From the NCBI GenBank assembly GCA_043228905.1, contig JBHGNT010000016.1:6200001-6264000 (forward strand): a DNA stretch of 64,000 bases, given 5' to 3'. A program made the position numbers and the translations under genes. Numbering within the stretch: position 1 is the first letter of the stretch; each line of letters begins with the position of its first letter. Positions 63,614 to 64,000 of this stretch are shown in pieces. The notes under the pieces were generated by a model. It saw only the letters and a list, made by a program, of their open reading frames with translations. It was not told the origin of the DNA and searched no databases. This stretch comes from Azolla caroliniana (lineage: Eukaryota > Plantae > Polypodiophyta).

Positions 63614-64000
63614 TGTTGGGAACTGGCATCGTCAGTGCGGAAACATCAACGACACTTTGAGATGAAGATCGTCGAGTGCACAGATGGAGGCAAAATCAAA
63701 GAACGGAAAGTGAGCGAGAGTGAGAAACAAAGAGGCACACAATATGTGATTGTATTATTCAAGCTCAGAGTTACAAATGAATGGCGGCATTAACCAAGAT
63801 GAACAATCCCACAAACTAGGTTAGATAGCCTGTTATATACTAACTAGGCTAGGGCAACTGCCCTTTGACATATTTACATAATTGTTCTAAATCTAGTTTG
63901 TCCAAGGGACAATGTGAATATGGCCATTATATACACATATTCGACACTCCCCCGTTGTCGTGAAGATTTCCGACGATAGTGAGAAAACCACGTTGTCATG
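63614..64000 (-). mobile_element. 3' LTR (63614-63946) and PPT of another LTR element inserted antisense into the Copia gag; continues beyond the window
   Basis: Plus-strand TGTTGGG...TTCGACA is followed by CTCCCCC, i.e. minus-strand PPT GGGGGAG|TGTCGAA. Gag similarity stops at about 63613. Confidence 0.7.

Overview
Nuclear genomic DNA of a land plant, inferred to be a seed-free vascular plant such as a fern (PLS-type PPR style, intact plastid MurG, short GT-AG introns, many CA/GA microsatellites). Host genes, with exons reconstructed by hand from splice sites and reading-frame phase: the 3' end of an E-class PPR gene (+), a PUB43/44-like U-box/ARM E3 ligase (-, about 1011 aa), a plastid peptidoglycan glycosyltransferase MurG with a very long N-terminal extension (+, about 691 aa), a BASS5/6-like plastid Na+/metabolite symporter (-, about 432 aa), a FLIP/MEICA1/FIRRM homolog (+, about 1011 aa), a RAD7-like LRR protein (+, about 871 aa) and an intronless 663-aa low-complexity protein with two DLNxxP EAR motifs that I cannot assign to a family (-). 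Intergenic DNA is dense in TE debris. It includes LINE remnants, an internally deleted Gypsy element with a tRNA-Trp PBS and 104-bp repeats in its LTRs fused to a Copia RT fragment, a three-level LINE/solo-LTR/Copia nest with matching TSDs, two tRNA-derived SINE candidates and a plastid trnA-UGC NUPT. Family assignments come from recalled motifs; no searches were run.
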